From: an archaeon
Lineage (GTDB): Archaea > Micrarchaeota > Micrarchaeia > Anstonellales > Anstonellaceae
Length of the DNA stretch: 60,821 nucleotides
NCBI GenBank assembly: GCA_020056635.1
Contig: JAGVHI010000018.1
Location: forward strand, 1-60,821
Direction of reading: 5' to 3'
Positions 47,467-57,004 of the stretch are shown here, in pieces; the first letter of the stretch is position 1; each line of letters begins with the position of its first letter. Both the position numbers and the translations under genes were made by a program. The notes beneath the pieces are model-generated. The model was not told the DNA's origin. It searched no databases and saw nothing but the letters and a program-made list of their open reading frames with translations.

Positions 47467-47919
47467 ATGGCTATGTCACTTAAAACTGCAAGGAGGATTG
47501 CGGCGCAGGCGCTTGGGGCAGGGGAAGCAAGAATCCGGTTCAAGCCCGACTCGCTTACCAAGGCGTCCGAAGCCCTTACAAGGGAAGACATACGCGGCCT
47601 GGTCAAGGATGGTGGGATATATGCGCTCCCGCAGACAGGGCAGACGAGACTGCGCGGGCAGCATTACCATGCGCAGAGGAAAAAGGGCAGGAAGCTGGGA
47701 AGAGGGAATAAGAAGGGGAAGATGTACTCGCGCGTTTCACAAAAGGAGGATTGGATGCTCAAAGTGCGCGCCCAGAGGGCGTACCTTGCAAAGCTCAAGG
47801 AAGAGAAGAAGATTGAGAGCGCAGATGCACGGCACATTTACCTGATGATAAAGGGGCGCGCATTTAGGGGCAGGTCTGCGCTTGAGGCGCATCTTAGGGA
47901 GAAGAAAATCATAAAGTGA
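47467..47919 (+). CDS. rpl19e: 50S ribosomal protein L19e
   Basis: RRIAA..LG.G..RI, A.TREDIR, W...VRAQR, Y..IKG. Confidence 0.94.
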   Translation: MAMSLKTARRIAAQALGAGEARIRFKPDSLTKASEALTREDIRGLVKDGGIYALPQTGQTRLRGQHYHAQRKKGRKLGRGNKKGKMYSRVSQKEDWMLKVRAQRAYLAKLKEEKKIESADARHIYLMIKGRAFRGRSALEAHLREKKIIK

Positions 47920-47924
47920 TCAAT

Positions 47925-48488
47925 ATGCCAAAAGCAACAGGACCGGTGTACCAAGTCGCATTTAGGCGAAGGCTGAGCGGCGTCACCGACTACAAAAAGA
48001 GGCTTGCGCTAGTCAAAGCAGGCATACCCCGCATGGTAGTCCGCAAATCGGGCAGGGGGGTTCTTGTGCAGTTTGTGGAGTTCGCGCCCGAAGGGGACAG
48101 GACGCTTGCAAGCTTCGCATCCAGGCTGCTTTCCGAGAAGCACGGCTGGCCTGCAAAGGCAAACGCCCCGACTGCATACCTGGCCGGATTTGCATGCGCA
48201 AAAGCAGCGAAGGGAAAAGGGGTAACGGACTTCGTGCTTGATGTCGGGATGAATGCTGCATCAAAAGGGGCGGTAATTTATGCTGCGCTCCAGGGTGCCA
48301 TAGATGCGGGGCTGAAGACGAATTACCCGCAGAAGATGATTGACGATGATTCGATTACAGGCAAGAAGATTGCCGAGTATGCAAAGGCGCGAAACGGGTC
48401 GGGAAAGCAGTTCTCCGCTTATGGCGCGGATGTTTCCAAGCTGCCAGAGCTGTTTGCGCAGGTGAAAGCAAAACTGCAGAGTTCGTGA
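47925..48488 (+). CDS. rpl18: 50S ribosomal protein L18
   Basis: FRRR..G.TDY..RL, R.VVRKS, AYL.G, LD.G, GA.DAGL. Confidence 0.95.
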   Translation: MPKATGPVYQVAFRRRLSGVTDYKKRLALVKAGIPRMVVRKSGRGVLVQFVEFAPEGDRTLASFASRLLSEKHGWPAKANAPTAYLAGFACAKAAKGKGVTDFVLDVGMNAASKGAVIYAALQGAIDAGLKTNYPQKMIDDDSITGKKIAEYAKARNGSGKQFSAYGADVSKLPELFAQVKAKLQSS

Positions 48489-48499
48489 GAAGTGATAAC

Positions 48500-49174
48500 A
48501 TGGGATTTGACAGGGACAGGAGGCCGCGAAGGCGCGAGCAAGAGGAGAAGCCAGAGTGGATTCCAAAAACATCGATTGGAACCAAGGTCAAGAGCAAGGA
48601 AATACTCACAGTTGAAGAGATTTTCGCGCTTGGAAAGCCGATTACCGAGTCCGAGATAGTAGACGTTTTGCTCCCTGACCTTGAGGAGGATACACTCGAG
48701 GTTTCATCCACGCAGAGGATGACTGACAACGGCAGGAAGATGCAGTTTAGGGCTATTGTGCTTGTGGGGGACAGGAAAGGGCACTTCGGGATTGGGGCTG
48801 GCAAATCAGAGGAAGTGAAGCCCGCAATCGAGTCTGCGGTAAAGGATGCAAAAAGGAAAATTATATCGGTTCCGCTTGGGTGCGGCTCCTGGGAGTGCGG
48901 ATGCAAGCAGAAGCATTCAGTTCCAATCCAGGTGCTTGGGAAAAACGGCTCTGTGAAAGTGCTGCTCAAGCCTGCGCCGCGCGGGCTTGGGATTGCGGCA
49001 AACAAGGTTGTAAAGAAGGTGCTTACGTTTGCCGGTATAAAGGATGCGTGGAGCTTCTCGCGCGGGCATACATCGAGCATATACAATACCGCGATGGCGG
49101 TTTCAAACGCGCTTGACTCGCTCAATTCCATGAGGTATTCTGGTAATTGGGAAGGCAAGAGGAAGGCTGAGTGA
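48500..49174 (+). CDS. rps5: 30S ribosomal protein S5
   Basis: WIPKT, TQRMTD.GR, GCGSWECGC, PAPRGLGI. Confidence 0.96.
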   Translation: MGFDRDRRPRRREQEEKPEWIPKTSIGTKVKSKEILTVEEIFALGKPITESEIVDVLLPDLEEDTLEVSSTQRMTDNGRKMQFRAIVLVGDRKGHFGIGAGKSEEVKPAIESAVKDAKRKIISVPLGCGSWECGCKQKHSVPIQVLGKNGSVKVLLKPAPRGLGIAANKVVKKVLTFAGIKDAWSFSRGHTSSIYNTAMAVSNALDSLNSMRYSGNWEGKRKAE

Positions 49175-49179
49175 TATTT

Positions 49180-49629
49180 ATGGCGAAAATTGCAATAGTT
49201 CGCGTGAAAGGGCTGTTTGGAGTAAAGCCCGCAGTCAAGACCACGCTTGCGTCCCTTAGGCTGCACCGGCTCAACCACTGCGTGGTCTTCGAGGACAGCC
49301 CGAGCTTGCGAGGGATGATTCAGGTCGCAAAGGACTATATTTGCTGGGGGGCGGTAAAGGATGAAACGCTTAGGGCAGTGACCGAGAAGAGGGGGAACTT
49401 GCTAGATAAGAAACGGGAGCTTGAGTCCACTTCCCAGAACGTGAAATCCGATGCCAAGGGCGAAAAGGGAAAGGCGGAAAGCAAGAAGCCTGAAAAGAAA
49501 ACCAATAATATGCTCTTTGCATTGCACGCACCTCGCGGCGGGTGGAATGGGACGATAAAGAAGAGGTTCCCACACGGGGCTGCAGGGCCAAGGGATGATA
49601 TTGATGCATTGTTAATTGCGATGAGTTGA
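49180..49629 (+). CDS. rpl30: 50S ribosomal protein L30
   Basis: AIVRV.G, TL..L.L.R.NHCV, KDYI.WG, L..PRGG. Confidence 0.93.
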   Translation: MAKIAIVRVKGLFGVKPAVKTTLASLRLHRLNHCVVFEDSPSLRGMIQVAKDYICWGAVKDETLRAVTEKRGNLLDKKRELESTSQNVKSDAKGEKGKAESKKPEKKTNNMLFALHAPRGGWNGTIKKRFPHGAAGPRDDIDALLIAMS

Positions 49630-49634
49630 TTTGG

Positions 49635-50090
49635 ATGGTAGTGAAGAGATTGGGAAAGCGCAACCGGAAATTCTTCGGGACCCGCAACCACGGGAAGGGG
49701 AATGCCAAGAACAAGAGGGGGAAGGGCGGAAGGGGAGGCTGGGGAGGCGCTGGATTGCACAAGCACAGGTTCACGTTCATTACCGCTTATGATAAGAAGC
49801 ATTTCGGGGTGCATGGATTTGCAAGCATACACAGGGAAAAGGTCAAAACTATCAACCTGTGGCAGGTTGAGAACATGCTTCTTTCCGGGAAATTGAAGAG
49901 CGAGAATGGGAAATTTACGCTTGATTTCGAGGGGAAAGTGCTAGGGAGCGGGTTTGTGACAAAACCGGTTAAGATTACTGCTGATTTTGCATCAGAAGGC
50001 GCTGCCGAGAAGATAAAGAAAGCGGGCGGCGAGCTTATTTTGAGGGAAGGGAAAGAGGAAGAGCCTGTGAAGGAAGAGAAGAAAGAGTAA
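49635..50090 (+). CDS. rpl15: 50S ribosomal protein L15
   Basis: G.R.HG.G, GGRGG.G.AG..KH, KVLG.G. Confidence 0.95.
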   Translation: MVVKRLGKRNRKFFGTRNHGKGNAKNKRGKGGRGGWGGAGLHKHRFTFITAYDKKHFGVHGFASIHREKVKTINLWQVENMLLSGKLKSENGKFTLDFEGKVLGSGFVTKPVKITADFASEGAAEKIKKAGGELILREGKEEEPVKEEKKE

Positions 50091-50094
50091 AGGC

Positions 50095-50604
50095 TTAGCT
50101 GCACTTCACTACCAGGTTCCTTGAGCCGATTTGCTTTAGGTTCGAAATTGACGGCGTATCGTAAGTGAACGTTATTTCCGAAAATTCCCGGATTTCGCCC
50201 TCGGTGCAGGTTTTGACTTTGAATGTTGCGGTGTAGCCAGGCACTTTTCCAGGCGCAAATGTTGTTCCGGAAAGGGTGGCATTGGAAAGGGAGCCGCTGG
50301 AATATCCATCGCGCAGGGAGAGGCTCTTTAGTGTCATAGTGTCGGGCGCGTTGTTGCACGGGACCAGAACAAGCGTTCCGTCAGGCACGAGGCGGAAATA
50401 GGTAAGTGAGAATGGCGAAGTGCCGCCGTTGCAGTGGAGGCCAGAGGGGATTGGGACAGTTGTTTCGGGAACAGGCTGCCCTTCGGTTTGCAGGATTGGG
50501 GCAGGCTTCTCTCGCGCGCCCATAGCAAGGAAGGAAAAGGCGATTACCAGGATGATTAGGGCAAGCGAGATTGCGCCAAGCACGATGAGGTCGGGTTTTG
50601 CCAT
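50095..50604 (-). CDS. Membrane-anchored protein with the same beta domain as the pilin-like proteins
   Basis: N-terminal TM; PDGTLVL..CNN....TL, F.PG, FTY......LKQIG...LVVKC aligns by eye with 17731. Confidence 0.7.
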   Translation of the reverse strand: MAKPDLIVLGAISLALIILVIAFSFLAMGAREKPAPILQTEGQPVPETTVPIPSGLHCNGGTSPFSLTYFRLVPDGTLVLVPCNNAPDTMTLKSLSLRDGYSSGSLSNATLSGTTFAPGKVPGYTATFKVKTCTEGEIREFSEITFTYDTPSISNLKQIGSRNLVVKCS

Positions 50605-50737
50605 GCTTCGACTTTTGCCCCGGGATAAATAAGCTTTGTGGTCTTACCCGCAACGCAGGCTAACATTTGAACTAGTTTTATAAATACCAATTGCCCAAGC
50701 CTTGCTACTTGGAAGACAGTTTGATTAAGGTGAATAT

Positions 50738-52255
50738 GTGAGCTCGCTCGATTTCCTAAAGCCGATAATCCATTTGCTGCCCGAGGTGAAAAGCCCGGAG
50801 AAGCCAGTCCCCCTAAATGAGAAATTGATGTGGACTGGGGCTGCGCTAATATTGTTCTTTGTGATGTACCACACGCTTGCAATAGGCGTCCGGCACTCCG
50901 CAAGCGGGCTTGATTTCCTGCAGGTGGTCACTGCTTCGAGGATCGGGTCACTCCTTACAGTCGGAATCGGGCCGATTGTGCTTGCAAGCATATTCCTGCA
51001 GCTGTTCGTTGGTGCAAAAATCATCAACCTGGACATGACCGACCCTGAGCAGAGGAAAACGTTCCACGGGGCGCAAAAAATACTTGCGATACTGCTCTGC
51101 TTCTTTGAGGCAGCGGTGTTCGTGATGACGAGCAGAGTTATACTTGCTCCACTGTTCCCTGGAATGGGAGAGGGGTTCGCGCTTGATGCGGCAGGCAACC
51201 AGATTGTCAGCGCGCCGTATACAGAAGTGATTGTGATTCTGCAGATTGCGCTGGGCTCGCTGATTCTGCTGTTCCTGGATGAGGTGGTGTCAAAGCACGG
51301 GATTGGAAGCGGGGTTTCGCTGTTCATTGCTGCAGGAGTTGCGCTCTCCATAGTGGGCGGCACGATAAGCCTGTTCATGGCCCCATCAACAGGAGTGGTT
51401 GCAGTGATGCAGAGCGGGGGCGCGGAAGCCATACCGCTTGCGATAATGGCGCTGCTGCCGATATTTTTCACGCTCGTGGTGTTTGTGGTTGTGGTGTACG
51501 CAGAAGGGATAAAGGTCGAAATCCCGCTTGCGTTCGAGCGAGCAAGGGGGATTGGGGGAGGGTTCCCAATCAAGCTCATGTACGTATCCAATATCCCAGT
51601 CATACTAGCTTCAGCGCTGCTGCTAAACATGCAGCTCTTTTCAATCGGGCTCAATGGAAAGAATCTCTGCGTTGGGGGCGTGCTGGATGAGGCGACTGGC
51701 TCGTGCGGGGCAGGAATCAACCTAGTGCATATTTTAGGGGTGGTGGATTCCTCTGGCCAGCTGCGCGACGGGCTGCTTTACTTAATCTCGCCGATTTACC
51801 GTCCCATCGCAACCAATTACGGGGCGTATGCAAACCATTTGCTGTTTGGCACCACGCCTGCATTCGGGCTTCCTGAGATGCTCCATGTGATTTGCTACAT
51901 CCTCTTTATGGTAGTGCTGTGCGTGATATTCGGGAAATTCTGGGTCGAGACAGCGAACATGGATGCAAAATCCGTGGCAACGCAGCTGGACAAGTCCGGA
52001 TTGCAGGTACCTGGTTTCAGGCGCGACCCGCGCGTGGTGGAAAAGGTGCTTGAGAGGTATATTCCAACAATCACCATACTCGGGAGCATATTTGTCGGAT
52101 TGCTTGCAGGGTTTGCGGACCTGCTTGGGGCGCTGGGAACCGGAACTGGGATATTGCTTACGGTCGGCATACTGTACAAGATGTACCAGGATTTGGAGAA
52201 CCAGAGGCTGTTTGAAACCAACCCGATGCTTGCAAGCATGCTAGGGGAGGACTAG
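50738..52255 (+). CDS. secY: Preprotein translocase SecY
   Basis: LPEV..P, GIGPIV.ASI.LQL, GIGSG.SLFI, YVSNIPVIL, PGFRRD, GTGILL. Confidence 0.97.
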   Translation: MSSLDFLKPIIHLLPEVKSPEKPVPLNEKLMWTGAALILFFVMYHTLAIGVRHSASGLDFLQVVTASRIGSLLTVGIGPIVLASIFLQLFVGAKIINLDMTDPEQRKTFHGAQKILAILLCFFEAAVFVMTSRVILAPLFPGMGEGFALDAAGNQIVSAPYTEVIVILQIALGSLILLFLDEVVSKHGIGSGVSLFIAAGVALSIVGGTISLFMAPSTGVVAVMQSGGAEAIPLAIMALLPIFFTLVVFVVVVYAEGIKVEIPLAFERARGIGGGFPIKLMYVSNIPVILASALLLNMQLFSIGLNGKNLCVGGVLDEATGSCGAGINLVHILGVVDSSGQLRDGLLYLISPIYRPIATNYGAYANHLLFGTTPAFGLPEMLHVICYILFMVVLCVIFGKFWVETANMDAKSVATQLDKSGLQVPGFRRDPRVVEKVLERYIPTITILGSIFVGLLAGFADLLGALGTGTGILLTVGILYKMYQDLENQRLFETNPMLASMLGED

Positions 52256-52301
52256 GGTTTTTTATTCCCCTTTTTTCAAACCTCGTTGGGGGTAGTTTTT
52301 G

Positions 52302-52844
52302 ATGATAATAGTCATGGGCTTGCCTGGTGCCGGGAAATCGACCGTGCTTTCAGGCGTCGAGTGCGAAAAGGTGAATTGGGGCGACCTGATGTTCGAGCTT
52401 GCGAAAAAGAAGCACGGAATCGAGCATAGGGACGGGATTAGGAAGCTGCCGCCGACCGCGCAGAGCGAGATTCAGGAGCAGGTGGCAAATGAATTGGCAA
52501 AAAGGAAAGGGCAGTTCATACTCGATACGCATTGCTCTGTGCGCACTGAGAAGGGGTATTTGCCCGGAATCCCGTATAGGCTGCTCTCAAAATTGAAAGT
52601 GGATTACCTGGTGCTTGTGACTGCGCCAATCGAGCAGATAATGTCAAGGAGGAAGAAGGACATGGCTGGGAGCGCGGGCAGGGTGCGCGAGCTTGATGAG
52701 AGGGAAGCGAGAGAGCATGATGCGCACAATAGGGCTTTGCTTGCCGCTTATTCCGTACTATCGGGCGCGCCTGCGATGATTGTGCTAAACGAGGATAATG
52801 GGCTTGCAAGGGCGCAAGAGAGGATTCAAATCCTGCTTGCTTGA
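52302..52844 (+). CDS. adkA: Archaeal adenylate kinase
   Basis: GLPGAGKST, N.GD.M, RD..RKL, LDTH, GYLPG.P; follows secY. Confidence 0.92.
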   Translation: MIIVMGLPGAGKSTVLSGVECEKVNWGDLMFELAKKKHGIEHRDGIRKLPPTAQSEIQEQVANELAKRKGQFILDTHCSVRTEKGYLPGIPYRLLSKLKVDYLVLVTAPIEQIMSRRKKDMAGSAGRVRELDEREAREHDAHNRALLAAYSVLSGAPAMIVLNEDNGLARAQERIQILLA

Positions 52845-52863
52845 ATCGGGAAGGGATTGGATT

Positions 52864-53460
52864 ATGGTGAATGGGGAAATCGCGCTGTATGGGATATTCG
52901 GCATCGCTTGTGCCTACAGCCTGTTTGCAACCTACATACAGAACAGGTTCGGCGAGCGGGAGAAAAACATGAAGATACAGGCGGAGTTCAAGGAGCTCAA
53001 CAAGCAGATTGAGGAGGCGGTCAAGGCAAAGGACAAGAAGAGGATTGACGAGCTGTCCGAGAAGCAGAATAAGATGATGCCGCAGGTCATGGGCGCAAGT
53101 TTCACACAGCTTAAGCCACTTATTATAATACTTCCAGTGCTAATGATTGTCCCGCCAGTGCTGATGGGCGTGTTTGACAAATTCACAATCGACCTGCCGT
53201 TCAAGCTGCCGGTTTTCATAACCAACTTGCTCAACTTCGAGCTGCTGTTCGGAGATTTCAACACGTGGCTCAATTGGAGGAGCCATTTCGGGCCGATAGG
53301 GTGGTTCTGGATTTCGGTGCTGATATCGGCGCTGCTGGTAGGATTATTCAACAAGGCGAGGGAAGAATTGAAGAAGAGAGGCGTGATGACCAGTTCTTCG
53401 CAGGGTGGTCAGCACGCCTTAGGAGGTGTTATTGATGCCGGTTCCAAAAAACAGGTCTAG
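52864..53460 (+). CDS. DUF106/EMC3-TMCO1 family membrane insertase
   Basis: TM, coiled coil, then TMs; G..GWF; conserved position after adk. Confidence 0.85.
   Translation: MVNGEIALYGIFGIACAYSLFATYIQNRFGEREKNMKIQAEFKELNKQIEEAVKAKDKKRIDELSEKQNKMMPQVMGASFTQLKPLIIILPVLMIVPPVLMGVFDKFTIDLPFKLPVFITNLLNFELLFGDFNTWLNWRSHFGPIGWFWISVLISALLVGLFNKAREELKKRGVMTSSSQGGQHALGGVIDAGSKKQV
53380..53418 (+). repeat. Family-2 39-nt hairpin element, in-frame
   Basis: GGCGTGATGACCAGTTCTTCGCAGGGTGGTCAGCACGCC; 34/39 identical to 60216..60254. Confidence 0.8.
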
Positions 53461-53758
53461 CTCGGTTCGGAAAATCTTCCGCAAGACGCAGAAGGGCAAG
53501 GTTTCTATCCGCTACCGGAGGAAAAAGAAGGAGGGCACGCACCACTGCGCTGTGTGCGGCGCGATATTGCAGGGGGTCACCACTGCAAGGGGCCTTGCGC
53601 GAAGCGAGCGCGTGCCAAGCAGGAAATTTGCAGGGGTATTGTGCCATAATTGCGTGTCGCACGCAATCGTGCTTGCGAGCCGCCTGAAGTCCGGGTCGCT
53701 TCCGGCAGGCGAGGTTGAAGTGAGGTATAAAAGGTATGTTGATGCAGTGAAGCTCTGA
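53435..53758 (+). CDS. rpl34e: 50S ribosomal protein L34e
   Basis: RS.S.R....KT, CAVCG..L.GV, PSR.F.G.LC..C. Confidence 0.93.
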   Translation: MPVPKNRSSSVRKIFRKTQKGKVSIRYRRKKKEGTHHCAVCGAILQGVTTARGLARSERVPSRKFAGVLCHNCVSHAIVLASRLKSGSLPAGEVEVRYKRYVDAVKL

Positions 53759-53769
53759 AGTGACTTCCG

Positions 53770-54291
53770 ATGGCTATGAGAATTTGCATCTCTGGGTTTG
53801 CCGGCTGCGGGAAGAACACTGCTGGAGCCATAGTTGCAAGGGAGCTTGGGCTGCCGGTGGTAGATTTCACATTCAAGGGGATGGCTGCGAAGATGGGAAT
53901 CGGGCTTGAGGAGATGCAGCTCAAAGCTGCAAATGACAAGAAGTTCGACTTGCAGCTTGATGAGATGATTGTGAAGGAGGCAAGCGGCAAGGAATGCGTT
54001 GCAGTCACATGGCTTGCGCCCTGGATGGTAAAAAACGCGACGCTTCGCGTGTGGCTCAACTGCTCCGAGAAGGAGAGGGCAAGAAGGGTTGCAGGCAGGG
54101 ACAAGATGGGCGCGAGGGAAGCGCTAATGCATGTGAAAAAAAGGGATGCGCAGAACATTGGAAGGTACCAGAAGCTCTATGGCATAGACATCAGGGAGCA
54201 TGGGATATTCGATTTGGAAATAAGCTCGGAAAAATTCCGGCCGGAGCAGGTTGCGAAAATCATAATCTGCGCCGCGCTGGAGAAAAAATAG
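53770..54291 (+). CDS. cmk: Cytidylate kinase
   Basis: ISG.AGCGK, RA.RV..RD, RY..LYGID; operon context. Confidence 0.9.
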   Translation: MAMRICISGFAGCGKNTAGAIVARELGLPVVDFTFKGMAAKMGIGLEEMQLKAANDKKFDLQLDEMIVKEASGKECVAVTWLAPWMVKNATLRVWLNCSEKERARRVAGRDKMGAREALMHVKKRDAQNIGRYQKLYGIDIREHGIFDLEISSEKFRPEQVAKIIICAALEKK

Positions 54292-54309
54292 TTCGATAGG
54301 GGTGTTTGG

Positions 54310-54474
54310 ATGGCGGCGATAAAGGCAGGGACTGTCTGCATACTCAAGAAGGGGAGGCGGGCGGGCTCCAAAGTTACGGTCACCAAAGTGATTGACGACA
54401 TGTTCGTGGAAGTGCAGGATGAGAAGGGCAAGGTTCGCAGGTCCTCAATCATGCATCTTGAGCCTGTTGGGTAG
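54310..54474 (+). CDS. rpl14e: 50S ribosomal protein L14e (short, 54 aa; below ORF-track cutoff)
   Basis: G.VC..KKGRRAG.K......ID..FV......KVRR....HLEP. Confidence 0.9.
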   Translation: MAAIKAGTVCILKKGRRAGSKVTVTKVIDDMFVEVQDEKGKVRRSSIMHLEPVG

Positions 54475-54482
54475 GAAATCCC

Positions 54483-55436
54483 ATGCGGGTTTTGCAGGAA
54501 TGCGAAACGGATGCTTCTTTTGGCAAGCCCCCGAGCCAGCGGACGCTTGCGGAATTGCTTGAAAGCGGGATTGTGATAGTGGACAAGCCATGCGGCCCGT
54601 CATCGCACGAGGTGACAGCATTTGTCGGAAAGATATTGGGGACGAAAAAAAGCGGGCATGCGGGGACATTGGACCCGAACGTTTCAGGGGTATTGCCAGT
54701 TGCGCTTGGCAGGGCTACGAGGGTTTTGCAGTACATTGGCGTGGAGCGCAAAAAGTATGTGTGCATAATCCGGTTTGCAAAGGACATTCCTTTTGAGAAG
54801 GCAAGCACAGTGCTGCAATCATTTGTAGGCACAATTGTGCAAACGCCGCCTAAAATGTCCGCAGTAAAAAAAGTGGCAAGGCAAAGGAGCATCTATGCGC
54901 TAGGGGCGCTTGAAATGAAAGGGAGGGATTTGCTTTTCGAAGTGGAATGCGAATCTGGAACTTACATCCGGACACTTTGCGTTGATGCTGGAAAAAAAGT
55001 TGGAGGGGCTAGGATGCTTGAGCTGAGAAGAATTTCAGTGGGGGGCATTGCTGAGGGGAGTGCACACACATTGCAGGAGATTTCAGATGCTGCTTATTTT
55101 GCGAAAGAGACAGAAGATGAAACAGAAGTGAGGGCGATGGTGCAGCCAATTGAAAACCTGCTTGCAATCCCGAAAATTTCAATAAAGGATTCTGCAGTAG
55201 AGGCTATTTGCGCAGGCGCTCCGTTGAATGCGCCAGGGGTGTGTGCGATAGATGGCAAGTTTGAGCAGGGGGCATCTGTTGCGATAATGACTCTGAAGGG
55301 GGAGCTTGGGGCGATTGCAAAGGCTGCAGCGGCATCAGCTAGGATTGCGGGCATGCAAGGAGGGAAGGTTGCATCTGTTGAGCGGGTTTTCATGCAAAGG
55401 GGGACGTATCCAATAGGCTGGAAGCAAAGAGGGTGA
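54483..55436 (+). CDS. cbf5: H/ACA pseudouridine synthase Cbf5 with PUA domain
   Basis: DKP.GPSSHEV, GHAGTLDP, GTYIRTLC, ELRR. Confidence 0.95.
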   Translation: MRVLQECETDASFGKPPSQRTLAELLESGIVIVDKPCGPSSHEVTAFVGKILGTKKSGHAGTLDPNVSGVLPVALGRATRVLQYIGVERKKYVCIIRFAKDIPFEKASTVLQSFVGTIVQTPPKMSAVKKVARQRSIYALGALEMKGRDLLFEVECESGTYIRTLCVDAGKKVGGARMLELRRISVGGIAEGSAHTLQEISDAAYFAKETEDETEVRAMVQPIENLLAIPKISIKDSAVEAICAGAPLNAPGVCAIDGKFEQGASVAIMTLKGELGAIAKAAAASARIAGMQGGKVASVERVFMQRGTYPIGWKQRG

Positions 55437-55489
55437 TAAACAGCCCGCAAGCACAACCAATAATAATCTCGCCATCAAGATTACGGCGT

Positions 55490-56998
55490 ATGAATTTTCT
55501 GGACAAGGCGTCCCAAAACCATGTCTGGGGCAAGCTCCTTAATGTTGCGGCTATTGTTTTCTTCCTATTTTTCGTGCTCGGGCCGCTGTTTTTCATATTC
55601 AACCAAATGGGAAGCTTTAGGTTCTCTGAGCCGATGCTCGATGCATTGGTCACCTCGTTCTTTGTGGCTGGGGTAGTGACCGTTGTTGACCTGCTGTTTG
55701 GCATCCCGCTTGCGTGGCTGCTTGCGAAAAAGCAGTTTCCATTAAAGCCGCTGGTTGACGGCTTGGTTGATTTGCCCCTCATTATCCCCACAAGCGCGCT
55801 TGGGCTCTCGATCGCGCTTTTCTGGGGGCAAAGCGGGCTTGGGATTTTTGCGCCCGGGCTTGGGATGATTGTCGTGCTGCACATAGCATTCACTTTCCCT
55901 TATGTTGTGCGCACCACGCAGGCTGCCATAATGGAGATAGACTGCGACCTTGGAAGGGCGGCAAGCACTCTTGGGGCGTCTCCACTCCTATCGTTCCGCT
56001 CGGTCTGGCTCCCATTGTTCCGCACTGGCGCAATATCCGGAGCAATACTTGCATTCACCCGCTCGCTTGGGGAAACCGGAGCGACCATGATTGTGGCAGG
56101 CGCGCTTAGGACAGTGCCAGTCCTGGTGGTTTATTTCAAGAACTCTACTCCGGCGGACATGGATGCCGCTGTTTCTCTTTCCGCGATATTTCTCATGCTC
56201 TCAGCCATACTGTTCTTTATCGTGCACCACCAGAGCGGGATGAAGAGGTTTAGGCTCGGAAAAGTATATGCAGATGCGGAAAAGAGGCTTAGCAATTTCG
56301 GGTGGAGCTCGGATGCTGCCGGAGCCCTGTTCCTATTCCTAATCGTGCTGCTGCCGTCTTTCTATTTCCTCAAATTCACGGATTATAATTTCTTCTCGCC
56401 AAAAACAATGGATGCGATGCTGGTCTCGTTCGGGGTTGCCACCACTGCAATTGCGCTCTCGATAATATTCGGCCTGCCCCTTGCGCTCATCATAGCATCG
56501 AAAAAAAGCTATAGTGGGCTTCTGCGGCTCCTCGTTGAGATGAGCATGCTTATGCCCACAGTGACAATCGGACTTTCGCTCTCGCTTTTCTGGGCTGGCA
56601 AGCTTGATGAGGCGGTGGTGCTGGTCCTTGCGCACGCTGCGATAATATTCCCGTATTTTGTCAGCCCGGTGAGCGAAATCCTCTCGGACATGGACAAGAG
56701 CCTTGTGGAGGTTGCGCGCTCGCTCGGAGCCACTCCATTCTATGCATTCCGGACCATCACGCTCCCCCTCATAATGCCGACAGTGATTGCAGGCACAGTG
56801 ATTGCGTTCATGCACAGCATGAGCGAAACCGGCGGGACGCTTGCAGTCTCGAAAAACATCGCGACCATTCCGATATTGATTGTGGATCTCACCAAGGCCG
56901 GGCAGCAAGCGCAGGCTGCCTCTGCTGCAGTGCTGCTGCTTGCAATCTCGCTCGTGCTTGTGATTGTGCTTAGGATGAACCAGAGAAAAAAATGGTGA
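55490..56998 (+). CDS. ABC transporter permease with two fused MetI-like domains (molybdate/tungstate/sulfate-like)
   Basis: AA.TLGA and VARSLGA EAA loops; F.RSLGETGAT. Confidence 0.88.
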   Translation: MNFLDKASQNHVWGKLLNVAAIVFFLFFVLGPLFFIFNQMGSFRFSEPMLDALVTSFFVAGVVTVVDLLFGIPLAWLLAKKQFPLKPLVDGLVDLPLIIPTSALGLSIALFWGQSGLGIFAPGLGMIVVLHIAFTFPYVVRTTQAAIMEIDCDLGRAASTLGASPLLSFRSVWLPLFRTGAISGAILAFTRSLGETGATMIVAGALRTVPVLVVYFKNSTPADMDAAVSLSAIFLMLSAILFFIVHHQSGMKRFRLGKVYADAEKRLSNFGWSSDAAGALFLFLIVLLPSFYFLKFTDYNFFSPKTMDAMLVSFGVATTAIALSIIFGLPLALIIASKKSYSGLLRLLVEMSMLMPTVTIGLSLSLFWAGKLDEAVVLVLAHAAIIFPYFVSPVSEILSDMDKSLVEVARSLGATPFYAFRTITLPLIMPTVIAGTVIAFMHSMSETGGTLAVSKNIATIPILIVDLTKAGQQAQAASAAVLLLAISLVLVIVLRMNQRKKW

Positions 56999-57004
56999 TT
57001 CAAT

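Noticed and set aside
54483-55436. Intron in cbf5, as known in some crenarchaea
   Set aside because: The frame is continuous through GHAGTLDP with no insert
38040-55456. Long antisense ORFs opposite the ribosomal operon
   Set aside because: They are codon-bias shadows of well-supported genes and have no motifs
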